This document shows, one piece after another, positions 11,633-24,500 of a DNA stretch of 64,000 nucleotides. Position numbers and translations under genes: made by a program. Position 1 is the stretch's first letter. Each line of letters opens with the position of its first letter. The stretch is from Nitrospirales bacterium (GTDB taxonomy: Bacteria > Nitrospirota > Nitrospiria > Nitrospirales > UBA8639). The stretch is taken from contig CBDBCZ010000008.1 of the NCBI GenBank assembly GCA_965203295.1, positions 96,001 to 160,000 on the forward strand, given 5' to 3'. The notes below the pieces were generated by a model. The model ran no database searches. It had not been told where the DNA came from and was given only the letters and a program-made list of their open reading frames with translations.

Positions 11633-13293
11633 ACAAAATCTTATGGACCGTAACAACTGACAACCAGCAAAAGACTTATACTCAATGTGTTGTGACTCCC
11701 CATAGTAGACTAGCTACGTAATGCAGTAGTGATCTGTTATACGTCACCTACATGTACAGAGTTATACTTTAAATGTGATGTCAGTGACTGCTTGGTGAAA
11801 TTGTCTTGTAAATTATACCATTTTTTATTATTAAAATTTTGTATTAATTCAAATGGGCTGCATGGACGTCGTTACAAATGTATACTTGACTATTTTATTT
11901 TCAGCCACTGTAACAAAACATGTATACAACTGTCATTAACTTCATCATGTCCTTATAGCCACCTACATCATATCTCCTGTCTGTGAACGTCTGGAGGGTA
12001 AGGCTGGGGAGCTATCTGGGGTACAGCCATGCAGCTTGCATGACGTTGTGACTGCCCCCTCCCAAATGCTTGGGTAGATGCCCTGTGGGCTTCTGGCCCA
12101 TGATGCATCTCCCCCAGCCTTGTCACATTGAATGCCTGTCACTTACATGTATAACTGTGCCTCCAATGGAGAAAAAGGTTTTTTTTTCACCATTTGCTAG
12201 TTTTATTCTAGTATTATATATGCAAACATTTAATTTGTAGCTACTTATTTTTCTTAAAATCTCAGACATGTGCTAGGGGGGGAAGGCGGGAGCGAAAAGT
12301 CAAGTCTGTCAGGGTCGAGGTTGTGCCAGCCCACCAATTTCAAGTGGCACGTGCATCCCACCTGCATGCTATTCTCCGCCCCCATCCCCACCTTCTTCAG
12401 TTAGCTTGCTTTAACTATAGTTAAAGTTTATTATAATAATAATAATATGCATGCATATATGCAATAACAATTAAATTCCATAAATGGTAATTATACATGA
12501 CACAATGAATTCTGATAACAGCAGAGTGCATGGAGTGAGTCATCTTATGAATATCAGTCCACTACACATGTACAGAGAACCTGTTTACAGTAGTTTGCAA
12601 TGCTCCAGTACAGATGTATTGCTGTACATGCACATAATAATGCCTCACGGTTGTTGATAATGAGCCCTCGATAGTACACTAGGAAAAAAGAGTGGAACTA
12701 TAGTATATTACAGCCATGCTGAATATATATACCTCTAGCTACTATCATATACTTGTACTTGCATCTCATGTAGCTACATACAATAACATGGTACTTGAAG
12801 ACTGTTTGAAATTGCATAAGCAGTTTTGTGACACAAGCATGGACTTTATTATATAGCTGTGTTTGTTTATAGTTGCTTTTATGAAACTGGAACTACACTC
12901 CAGTGTCGGAATTACCCCCGGGGTTAATCGGAATTACCTTAGTTCACACTATTACTGATCGTCTGGCCCGCGAGACTACGGTTGATTGTCTCCGCTGACT
13001 TCATACGCACTTCTCTTAGAACCACCCCTTCTCTTCCGTCACTTTATGTTTTCTGTAGCTATTCCTTATCGCCCTCTCTCAGACTGTTGACTTGTACTTA
13101 GCCTAGTTCTCAGTGACCCAGTCCGTCTATGTGAAGGCTGTGCATATTTGCTGTACAGAGTTGAGTTACACAGTTGCAGGAACGCCTCGCAGCTATATAA
13201 GGACTCCGCAGCTAAACGTAATATCTGTCTATCTAGGTGGGGTTTGTTATACTAACCATTCAAATTGCAACTAACTAGTAACTGCTGGTCACT

Positions 13294-16200
13294 ATGGCCG
13301 CTCAAGGCCGGCGTATTGACTGGGTCTGGATCGTGCTATCCTGCTGCGTAGTGCTAGTGCTGGGACCACGGCGAACACATACCCAGATCACCGAAGGTCA
13401 GTTGAGTTTAATAGACTCTGGCATGTCCTGGGAGGATAAATTTAGAGGGGCGACATCCTGTATATGTCCTACTACCATTTCCGCTCTAATCGTGGGGTTA
13501 GGGGGTTTACTGCTATTCTGAGTAGCTCCCTATCTTCTGTTCTCTCTTGCCTATCATTGGCTCTCACCTGTCGGTCATCAGCTCTGCGAAACCACCTGGG
13601 CCTGAGATCACGAGATTACCTGGCCTGCACTAGTCTAGTCTTGCAAGCCAGCCCCCGTACGCAAAAGATGGGATGTGGTCTGCGAACACGTTAACTGACG
13701 TTGTGGTGATGTTCTGCTGATTGCGCTTCGATTATGATATGAGGTTAATTGCAGATCTTTATCACATGATCAGTTAATAGCCTACTTTGTAATTATTGCT
13801 GAGGTAAGCAGGTATAGTTCTAGATCTAAGATCCAAAGATGCTACAAGAAAGGACCAAGTGGTGTGCAGCAGCAGTGAATGAAGCCACCAAGAGTGCTGT
13901 TGTAATGTCTTTACTAGCGCATATGTGTATCATACAGGGAGCCTACTGTCAAAATGCATGGATGGCATGCACGACGCCATGCCTCATTTGAGACATCAAA
14001 CAGTTGAATCTCATACATTCCTTCATCTAGCTAATAGCATGGAAAGCTGTCCAAGCTCACTTCTCCCCATGGGACTACTATCACAGCACAATGCACAATC
14101 TCTTCCTTTCAATTATGCCTCGACGCAACCACACTCCTCTGTTCAGACTGTAGCTGTAAGCTTTCGTCAGTGTGGCAGAACAGACCGCTGAAGAACATAG
14201 TCTTGGGGAAGCTTTTGCATCACTTTTTGAAGATTTGCAGAGAGAGAAGAGAGGAGATGGTTGATATAAGTATTATACTTTCCATACGTATATGATTCCA
14301 TAGGGCAAATCTTGCAAAATGGACTTGGGAGGGAGTTCATGCATACAGTTAAAGCTCCATTCTACCACAGTTTATAGGGTAGTAGACATGCTTTGTGCTT
14401 GCACCTTTCCAAATGTTGAAGTCAAAATACACAATTCTTTTATGGTTCTCCTCAAACAGTATGGACTACACAATGCCATAGTTGTGGCTACAGTAGCATT
14501 TGGAATGCGATAAGAATGAGTAGAGATGTTAAAGAGTGTAATTCACTAGGGACCACTGTTTGACATTATACAAACGTAAGTTTGGAAGTGCTAGTAGGTG
14601 GAAAACGCAATGAAATCATTGTACAAACGCAGGGAAGTATTTCTGCCAAAACTCCTACATTTGTGAGTGTTTGTCAGTTTGCCTACCAGATGCCTTGCTG
14701 TTGACATTCTATGAGCAAGTGGAATGTTAGCCTGGTACCCAGACCCCCTACTCACATAAAAAAGGCGAGTAGTGGATCTGGGCCCAGGCTCCACTGCGCA
14801 GCTTTTTTCACATATTAGACTGCTTATGAGCAGTAGAGCCTGGGAACCAGGCTATATAGCTCTGGGCACAAGAATAGTGGAAGGTTGATTGTTATTGAAG
14901 TGCAATTGCCCTTTTAGTGTGGGCATGAGACTGTTGCCTTTATACTCCTGGTAGCACTTTCAAGGATTCTGTTTTCAATAGCCAGAAAGCAACATTAAGA
15001 GTCCTAGCAACCAGCTGCCCTATAAGGTAACGTATGTTTATGCCTTATTTGGGTGTAGGGCTGAGCCTATAATGCTCAAAAAAGTACCTATTATGCTATG
15101 CTGCACTGCTCCAAAAATCTTCCTATTATGCTCAACAAATGACCCTATTATGCTCAAATTATGCTCAATAATTGTGACCCTCATAGCGAAAACCAGCCAT
15201 CTGGACTGTTTTACAACTTCAAGTATGCGTAGGTGGTGCGTATTTTCATAATTTCTAGTATGTTCGCAACTATTGGACCACTCCCCGACAAGGTTGGTGG
15301 TAGCTTGCTGAGTTTCCGCTACACATTGATCAAATAACGTAATTTCCCCAAGGAATCTACCTATTATGCTCGCATTATGCTCAATGCTTTTGCGGACCTA
15401 TTATGCTCATTTAATGCCGGTATAATCGGCTCACCCCTATTTGGGTGCCCAGATCTGTGGAGATTGGCAAATGATGCTTAGCAACATTAGTGTCATGGTG
15501 CATGACCACCCGAAAGGGTCTTTTCACAGGTAGCAAACAAACATGTGGTCAATAAAGTGCCACACCAACAGGGGGGGGAACAATACAGGGTTTCCACACT
15601 GCGCGAGTGCTTATCTCACTTCCCACTCGACAAATACCTCAACTTGGGAGTGTATGTATACTGTCGTTGCCAATATACCAGGGTGCTTACAATCATGGGG
15701 TACTTTACGATGCAGTCTGTGAACTAAAGGTAAACCCACTGACAAAATTTGGGGCAATGTGAAGATCCTAGTGGAAAGTTCGCAGCATGTAACCTTCGAT
15801 GGCTAGTTGTATAAGTTATAGTTTTAGCACAGTTTTCAGGGATTTATGGCAGTAAACGAACAGAGTCCGAGGGCGATAGGACGAGGTTTGTTTACGTAGC
15901 CATAAATCCCTGACATCTGTACTGTAACCATCTGATTAGTCAGTCCATGGGGGCCACGAACTATAGCAATGCTAGCACGTAGCAACGATTCCCATTCTGG
16001 CTTTATAATGGAAGAAGCTGAGGCCGCTAGTCCTTACTCGCCATCTTGCCTCGGTATGTGCGATTGGACCCTGTCCAGGGGTTAATTTAGAGCTCCTCCC
16101 CCCGGAAGACAGTATTGAGCCCCTCCCATCCGCTTCTTTGAAGCAGCCCCTTCTACCCCAACGTTTTGACATAAGGACAAGCGGCCTCAGCTTCCTCCAT

Positions 16201-19020
16201 TATAAAGCCAGAATGTATAATATTGTGCCTGAATGTATGCATGTAAAGTACAGCTACACATAGCAGTAGCTATATGCATGATAGTCTGATTGGATGAATT
16301 GTTTAATACCCTAAGGGAAGTCGGTATGAGTCATACCAGCCTTTTACCCAAAGGGAAGTCAATATGACTCATAATGACTTCTAGTAACCTAAGTAACAAG
16401 GGTGAGTGGGATATAATAAAGCATGCTTATAGTAGTAGCTACTGTGATACATCCACGTGCATGTTAAAGGAGCATATATACATTACCTAGCATGACAAAA
16501 CTAAGATTATAGCTATTATTTTGTGTTTGGTATTGTTTGCAGGACCTAGTATTATCAGCCCAAGCTGCAATGAAGAGGTCCTTATTTCTGTGAAGAACAC
16601 AACTAGCGGAATTGAAGTTAATGTAGCGAACAAGCATGACAAAGGAGTTTTAGAGTCTCGAGAATTCAGCCATCACCTCTCATCACAGTGCGGCGAGTAC
16701 AACGTTCGTTGTAAAGACCTTCTAGTTGAGTCCTCAACATCGCCGAATAAGAGTATTGTCTTTGTTCCCCTTCTCGATGGAATATTTCTATTGGAAGTTT
16801 CACATCGTGGGAAAATCACTGATTCTACCAAGTTGACAATCAACGCTCCTGTTCCTTGCAGTCCTACCGCCATTTCTAAGATTCAAGAGAATATCATCGC
16901 AGTTTGCCTAAATGAAGAAAGAGGGTATCTTACAACAATGAAAATATACCTAAACACTACATCAATCAGTTCTTCTCGTGGAAGTCGTCCTCAGATACCA
17001 GACTTTAACTTTGGACATTCGAATTCACCACATCTTTCTGATTTCAAATACATCCAGGATTTACAGTGGATTCTTTTTGCAAGTTCGAATCATGTGTATA
17101 CTCTTCTTCCGCTGACCTATACTTCCCTTGAATTTTCAGATGACCTGGGTAATTGTTCCAGGCCCGAATCAATAGTTTACACTTCTGATGGGGTTTTGAT
17201 TGCCTACTGTCACGATTTTGCTTCTTATTATAGTGTAGCCTACGAACATGCATTCAACCAAAGTCAATATTCTAAACATGGACAGCCATTTCTGTGCCCT
17301 AACCCTGACGTACACGTAGCAGTGTTTGCCTCAGCATCCTACATCCTCTACAGAGTGTGGAGTGCTAATAGTAGAGAGACCATTAACATACACGACATGA
17401 AGTTTGATTCTGGAGTGTGCTTTGGCTCAAGGACCCGTACGTTATTTGCATACAATGACAAGGAGAGAGGGGTGTATGTCCTTGATCCTGCTACATCTAA
17501 TCTCACACACTTGTCATCAAAGGCTTGTCTGAACTCACACTGTGAACCATTACTGGTGTTTCAGAGTAGGTACATCGTGATACGTGAGCGAGAAAATAAT
17601 GATGGTAACGTCATCGTTGTTGACTCACAGCAGAATTATACCGCTGTGATAACTGCAGAACACGTGAAATCAGACTTCCTAACTCTGCTGATTGAACAAG
17701 ACGCTAGCTTCTGTTCAAATGCCTCTCTCAGTCCTAGTACAAACAGTTCACTGAGTCCCAGTACACCAACACTTGCTTTGCCACCATCTGGGAAGCAGAC
17801 TACAGTTTCATTGCCTGCAGTTATAGGAGGGACTATTGGTAGTTTCCTGTTCCTGATAGTGGGTTTAATTATTGTTTTCACTGTCTACGTGTCGTTTTGT
17901 CGAAAAAGGTGAGTGAAAAGTGTGTTTGTAAGGGGATTAATTTTTAATATTCTCGAGCACACACCTACAAACCTGCAAAACTTCGCCATGGTGCATTACA
18001 GAAATTTATGAGCAGCTTGCATATAAAGAACCAATGTATTGCAAATTAATTATATAATTCTGTACTCTTTTATCTAGTCCATACCCTGTCGAAGAATCAC
18101 AGAAACCTGTAGAAAATGGTAGAGCAAGACCTCTGATGGGTGGAGGGCCTCCACCACGTACATTTCAGCCACTGAGCTGCAGTGATGCCCGCGGTGTCGA
18201 CTCAGCTGAATGTAGTCCTGTGGGAAACGGTCACGTGATATCTAACCCTGGTCTGAATGTTGAATCCCATGGTAACCCAGCATACCAACAGCTGCCAACG
18301 CCACAACATGTCTATCCATCTTCAGAGACAGCTAGCTATCAGCCTCCTCATGAAGAACAACAAAACAACCCACACACCCAAGGGAGCAGTGATGTCACCC
18401 AGCTGTAAGTCAGTGTACTGACATTTAGCATGCATTCACAGTGACACCATGGCTACGTAGCATGCACTTTGAGCTATTGGCTCACAATTCATGGTAGATC
18501 AAGTGCATTCATATCATTCACGTTAGTTTCAACACGTCATAATAATGACGACATAACTTACCCCCTGTATAGTTCTATTGTGACACTGTGTATGTAAATT
18601 TACCATAGCAACGGTACAAGTGCTCCTGTGACTGGTGACAGTGCAATCCCAAGTGAAAGTGCTGCAACTAATAATACCACACCTGAGCAAGTTCCTGGAG
18701 GTCAGCAGGCCAGTGCTTGTGCACATTCTGACAGAGAATCCCTTGAAACTTTGTGTACATCCTCTGAAACCTCCCTTCTGCATGGTGCTGCAATCGCCAC
18801 ATGTGTGGTACAGCCCAAACTTGAAGATAGAAGAACTCGCGAATATGATTCAGATGATGAACTTGCCCATGGCAAAGAAAAGACTGTTCCACCAAGAAAG
18901 TCTGTGCAGGCTAATCGACAGAAAATGAGGAGAAGGAGAGCTGAAAAAGGTGACTGTGAATGCTGTGATTATGAAAACCTTCGGAATCAAATTGTTATGG
19001 AAGAACTGGACAGAAATTAA
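13294..19020 (+). CDS. Type I membrane receptor-like protein, copy 3 (ectodomain B + tail X), ~735 aa; exons 13294-13396, 16543-17908, 18078-18404, 18609-19020
   Basis: Signal-peptide exon MAAQGRRIDWVWIVLSCCVVLVLG with GT donor. The ectodomain matches copy 4. Stalk, TM, introns 2-3 and tail are nearly identical to copy 1. Phases are consistent. Confidence 0.85.
15056..15439. mobile_element. hAT-type MITE in intron 1 of copy 3
   Basis: TIRs TAGGGCTGAGCC / GGCTCACCCCTA (11 of 12 match), perfect 8-bp TSD TTTGGGTG (15048-15055, 15440-15447), and subterminal TTATGCTC repeats. The paralogous intron of copy 4 shows the empty site (~23649-23656). Confidence 0.9.
15827..16216. repeat. Clustered inverted-repeat module (also at ~25390-25791)
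   Basis: Hairpin CAGGGATTTATGGCAGTAAACGAAC...GTTTGTTTACGTAGCCATAAATCCCTG, then ~35-bp inverted repeats CATTCTGGCTTTATAATGGA...TCCATTATAAAGCCAGAATG. Present in intron 1 of both B copies. Confidence 0.65.
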
Positions 19021-19794
19021 ATAACAGAATCCCCTATTCTTACTACTCAATGATATGTTTGTGTAGTAGCTTCTTGTCACATTCACATAGTATTGCAATA
19101 CATTGTGTAAGTTGTCAGTAGCTGTTTGGGAAATTGTGGTTCAAACCGTGGTATAGCTATATCTTTGTATTCAGATGGACTGTATATACATGTATGTCCT
19201 TAAACAATGCAGTATACACGCACGTGTGCAATACCAAAATTTTAATTCTATAGATATATATAGTGTTCATGTGTCGTCACAGATCACGTGCTCCTGCAGT
19301 GTTTCCGTACCGTGTCACGTTTCGTTTATGCCCGTTCTGATCTTGCGTGGGCGACTAGATTGGCACGTTATACTATCTATGGTTATACAGCGATCTCAGA
19401 AACAAGAGCGGCTGGGAACTTACGCGTTCAGTATCTCAACTATCGCTGTAAGTCAGTTTTCAAGCGGGACAGATCGAGTGAATTTGCCACCTAGACTACG
19501 AGTACGAGAGTAACTTCCGGTCTTTATGCGTATGGCTATGTGGTTTGCTGCCCACCAAAAAGTCGAGAATGTAGAGTGAGCTTTATAACCATTATAGCTA
19601 AGCCTTCCATTTCAGACAGTGATATGAATATCAGTTTAACACACTATACAGAGTACCTGTATCATACTGTAGTAGCTGTGCTGTACTCATTACCATTATG
19701 GTGTAATGGGGGTAAAAGGAGGCACTAAATAGAGCAATACATGAAAACAAACATGCATGTTTTGTGCCTACGTTAACCCCTCCCCCCCCCCCCC

Positions 19795-19822
19795 CATTGC
19801 GTCATAATGGTAAAGGGTCTAT
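19795..19822. mobile_element. Second copy of the ISL2EU-like terminal sequence
   Basis: TAATGGTAAAGGGTCTATT is identical to 3189-3207, and both copies are preceded by a C-run and CGTCATAA. Confidence 0.6.
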
Positions 19823-19939
19823 TGTTTATCGTTGTGTAGAACAATGACAATGAAGCTGAAGTCGAATCAGTCTATTTGTAGCTAAGGAAGTAATTGTAGG
19901 CGGCAGGTGATCGAGCTCCAAGATTAATAGGTCAGGTAA

Positions 19940-20994
<1,055 letters not shown>

Positions 20995-21501
20995 GGGTCT
21001 GAATGAAGTTACAGAAAGACATTGATTATAATATGGTAATCAAGATTGTTGCTAACATACAGGAAAAAACATTAGAATGTTTATGCAATACCTACAGCTC
21101 ATAGTTATTTTTATTTCACACTAATTCTATTAAAAGAAACCAGCTGACTGTCCGCGCTGACTTCATATACACGTGTACTTCTCTTCCGTCTACATGATTC
21201 ACTTTTATGTCTTCTGTATTAACTATGCTTTGTCACCCTGCTGACATGTATTCTAGAACACTCCGTGACCCAGTCGCTCTGTTTTGTGTATAACGATTGT
21301 GCATATTTGCTGTACAGAGCTGAGTTACACAGTTAAGCTTACTGGAACGCTAACCTCGCAGCCTAGCTTTACAGCCGAGATTGCAAGCCAACAACCGTCT
21401 GTACTAGGTGGGGTTTAGCCTACTAACCATTTATAATTGCAACTAACTTAAACTGCTGTACAGCCTGTAGCTAGCTAGTCTGGGGGACCCCGCCCCTCGC
21501 T

Positions 21502-24500
21502 ATGGCCGTTCAAATTTACTGGGTCTGGATCGTGCTATCCTTCTCCGTAATACTAGTGCTGGAGCCACGGCGAACACATTGCCAAATCACCGAAGGTCAG
21601 TCGGGTTTAATGGGTACTGGATGGGCATGGGGAGACATGTACATGTTCTACCGTCTCCGATCTATAGTTTAAAATCGTGGGATTAGAGGGTTACCACTAC
21701 TCTGATATTGGTAAGAGTAGCTCCCTATCTTCTCTTCTCTCGGGTCAACTGAATAGCACGATCGGGGCTAGGATTAGGGTATGTTAGGGTCAGGATCAGT
21801 CTATAAATATTGCGATAATTTGTGCTCTTCAATTGATCCGTTCTCTCTTGCCTGTCATTGGCTCTCACCCATCAGTCTTCAGCTTTGGCAGCCTTTGCGA
21901 GACCACCTGGGCCTGTACTAGTCTCGCGAGCCAGCCCCCGTATGCAAATAATTGGGGTGTGGTCTATGAACACTTTAACTGACGTTGGGGCGATGTAGTC
22001 TCTCGTACCAGCCTCACAATGAGTCTGGGTAGTTATGCCACATTTCTGTTCTGGAATGAAATGCATTACGTTTGTAAACCACACCCAAGTCATGACTGAT
22101 ATCGTGATAAACTTGAGCTAGTAGCATCCAGGTATTCATTGTTTAATTACGGTTGGATAAGTCAAGCAACAGGAAAAGACGAGTTTCTCTCCACGTCATT
22201 TCATGATATAGTTAGCCTCGTTCCCAGGCTCTACTTCCCAGCTTTTTTTTGCGCGTAGTAAAATAAGCGGTGCGAAAAAAAGCTGGGAAGTAGAGCATGG
22301 GAACGAGGCTAGATATAGTTACTTGTCACATGACTACTCTTTTTCCATTGGCTCTGCCAAGATTCTGGCAGGCGGAACGGAAATGTGACGTAGCTGCCAC
22401 TCACTCCTCCCCCTGAGTGATGCTGGCACACGAGACTAGTGGCGTGTTCTGCTGGTTACACTCCTATCAGGTTGCAGATCTTTGTCACGTGATCAGGTAG
22501 TTTGATCCAAAGACGCTACAAGAAACTAACGGAATGCAGCTGCAGTAAAATAAGCTTCCAAGAGTCTTTTTGTAACGTCTTTACTAGTGCATAATTGTGT
22601 GCGTCATACAGTAAGCCTACTGTCAAAATGCATGGATGGCATGAACGACGTCATGCCTCATAATTTTGAAAACACCAATCAGAATTGAATCTCATACATT
22701 CCTTCATCTAGCTAATAGCATGGAAAGCTGTCCAAGCTCACTTCTCCCCATGGGACTACTATCACAGCACAATGCACAATCTCTTCCTTTCAATTATGCC
22801 TCAACGCAACCAGTGTGGCAGAACAGACCGCTGAAGAACATAGTCTTGGGGAAGCTTTTGCATTACTTTTTGAAGATTTGCAGATAGAGAAGAAAATGGT
22901 TGTCATAAGTATTGTACTTTCCAATTCCATAGGACAAATCTTGCAAAATGGAATTGGGAGTTCATGCATACAGTTGGAGCCCCATTCTACCACAGTTTAT
23001 AGGGTAGTAGACATTTCTTTGTGCTTGCACCTCTCCAAATGTTGAAGTCAAAATACACAATTCTTTTATGGTTCTCCTCAAACAGTATGGACTACACAAT
23101 GCCACAGTTGTGGCTACAATAGCATTTGGAATGCGATAAGAATGAGTAGATGTTAAAGAGTGTAATTCACTAGGGACGGTCCGCTATTTGACATTATACA
23201 AACGTAAGTTTGGAAGTGCTAGTAGGTGGAAAACGCAATGAAATCATTGTACAAACCTCAACAAGTGCAGGGAAGTATTTCTGCTAATACTCCTACGTTT
23301 GTGAGTGTTTGTCAGTTTGCCTACCAGATGCCTTGCTGTTCACATTCATGAGCAAGTGGAATGTTAGCCTGGTACCCAGACCCTCTACCCACATTAAAAA
23401 AAGGTGAGTAGCGGATCTGGGTAGACTCATTCCCAGGCTCCACTGCCCAGCTTTTGTTTATCTATTAGACTGCTTATGAGCAAGAATAGTGGAAGGTTGA
23501 TTGTTATTGAAGTGCAATTGCCCTTTTAGTGTGGGCATGAGACTATTGTCCTTTGTACTCGTGGTAGCACTTTCAAGGATTCTGTTTTCAATAGCCGGAA
23601 AGTCCCAGCAACCAGCTGCCCTATAAGGTTACATATGTTTATGCCTTATTTGGGTGCCCAGATCTGCGGAGAGTGGTAAATGATGTTCAGCAACATTAGT
23701 GTCATGGTGACTAGCCTCGTACCCAGGCACATTAAATAGGGGGAAAGTGCGCCTGGTATCCACTGTTTGCGCATGCGCTTAATTTCCTAGCATTCCACAG
23801 CGATAGGATACCACCGTGACACGTCCACGGTATGATGACGTCAATACCGTAAACGCGGCCGTATTATCAATAATGCACGCAACAATGGCTGCTTGTATGG
23901 AAGACTTCAATCGCTCGATTTCTTATGCCCTCCAATGCCTTGGACGCGCGACGGTGACACTGAAGCTCGAGCAGAGAGCGACTGCGAAGTCCATCTACGA
24001 AGGAAAGGACCGGCTCTTAACTGGCTTTGGTAAGTAATTGTGCTATAACGTTCTACCCTTCGTGTTGTGAAACTTGGCAGGCTTACTAACAATAGTACTA
24101 ACAGGCTAGGCACGAGCAAGTTGAACGGGACGCTTCAATGTCGCAGTATAGCTACAGTAGATATTCCGCGTGGACGACGTCCGTGGACTTCGTGCACTAA
24201 TTACGCGCATGCGCGAACAGTGGATACCAGGCGCACTTTTTCCCTATTTAATGCGCCTGGGTACGAGGCTACATGGTGACCACCCGAAAGGGTCTTTTCA
24301 CAGGTAGCAAACAAACATGTGGTCAATAAAGTGCCATACCAACAGGGGGGGGGGGGGGGGAACAATACAGGGTCTCCACACTGTGCGAGTGCTTACCTCA
24401 CTTCCCACTCGACAAATACCTCAACTTGGGAGTGTAAGTATACTGTCGTTGCCAATATACCAGGGTGCTTACAATCATGGGTACTTTACGATGCAGTCTG

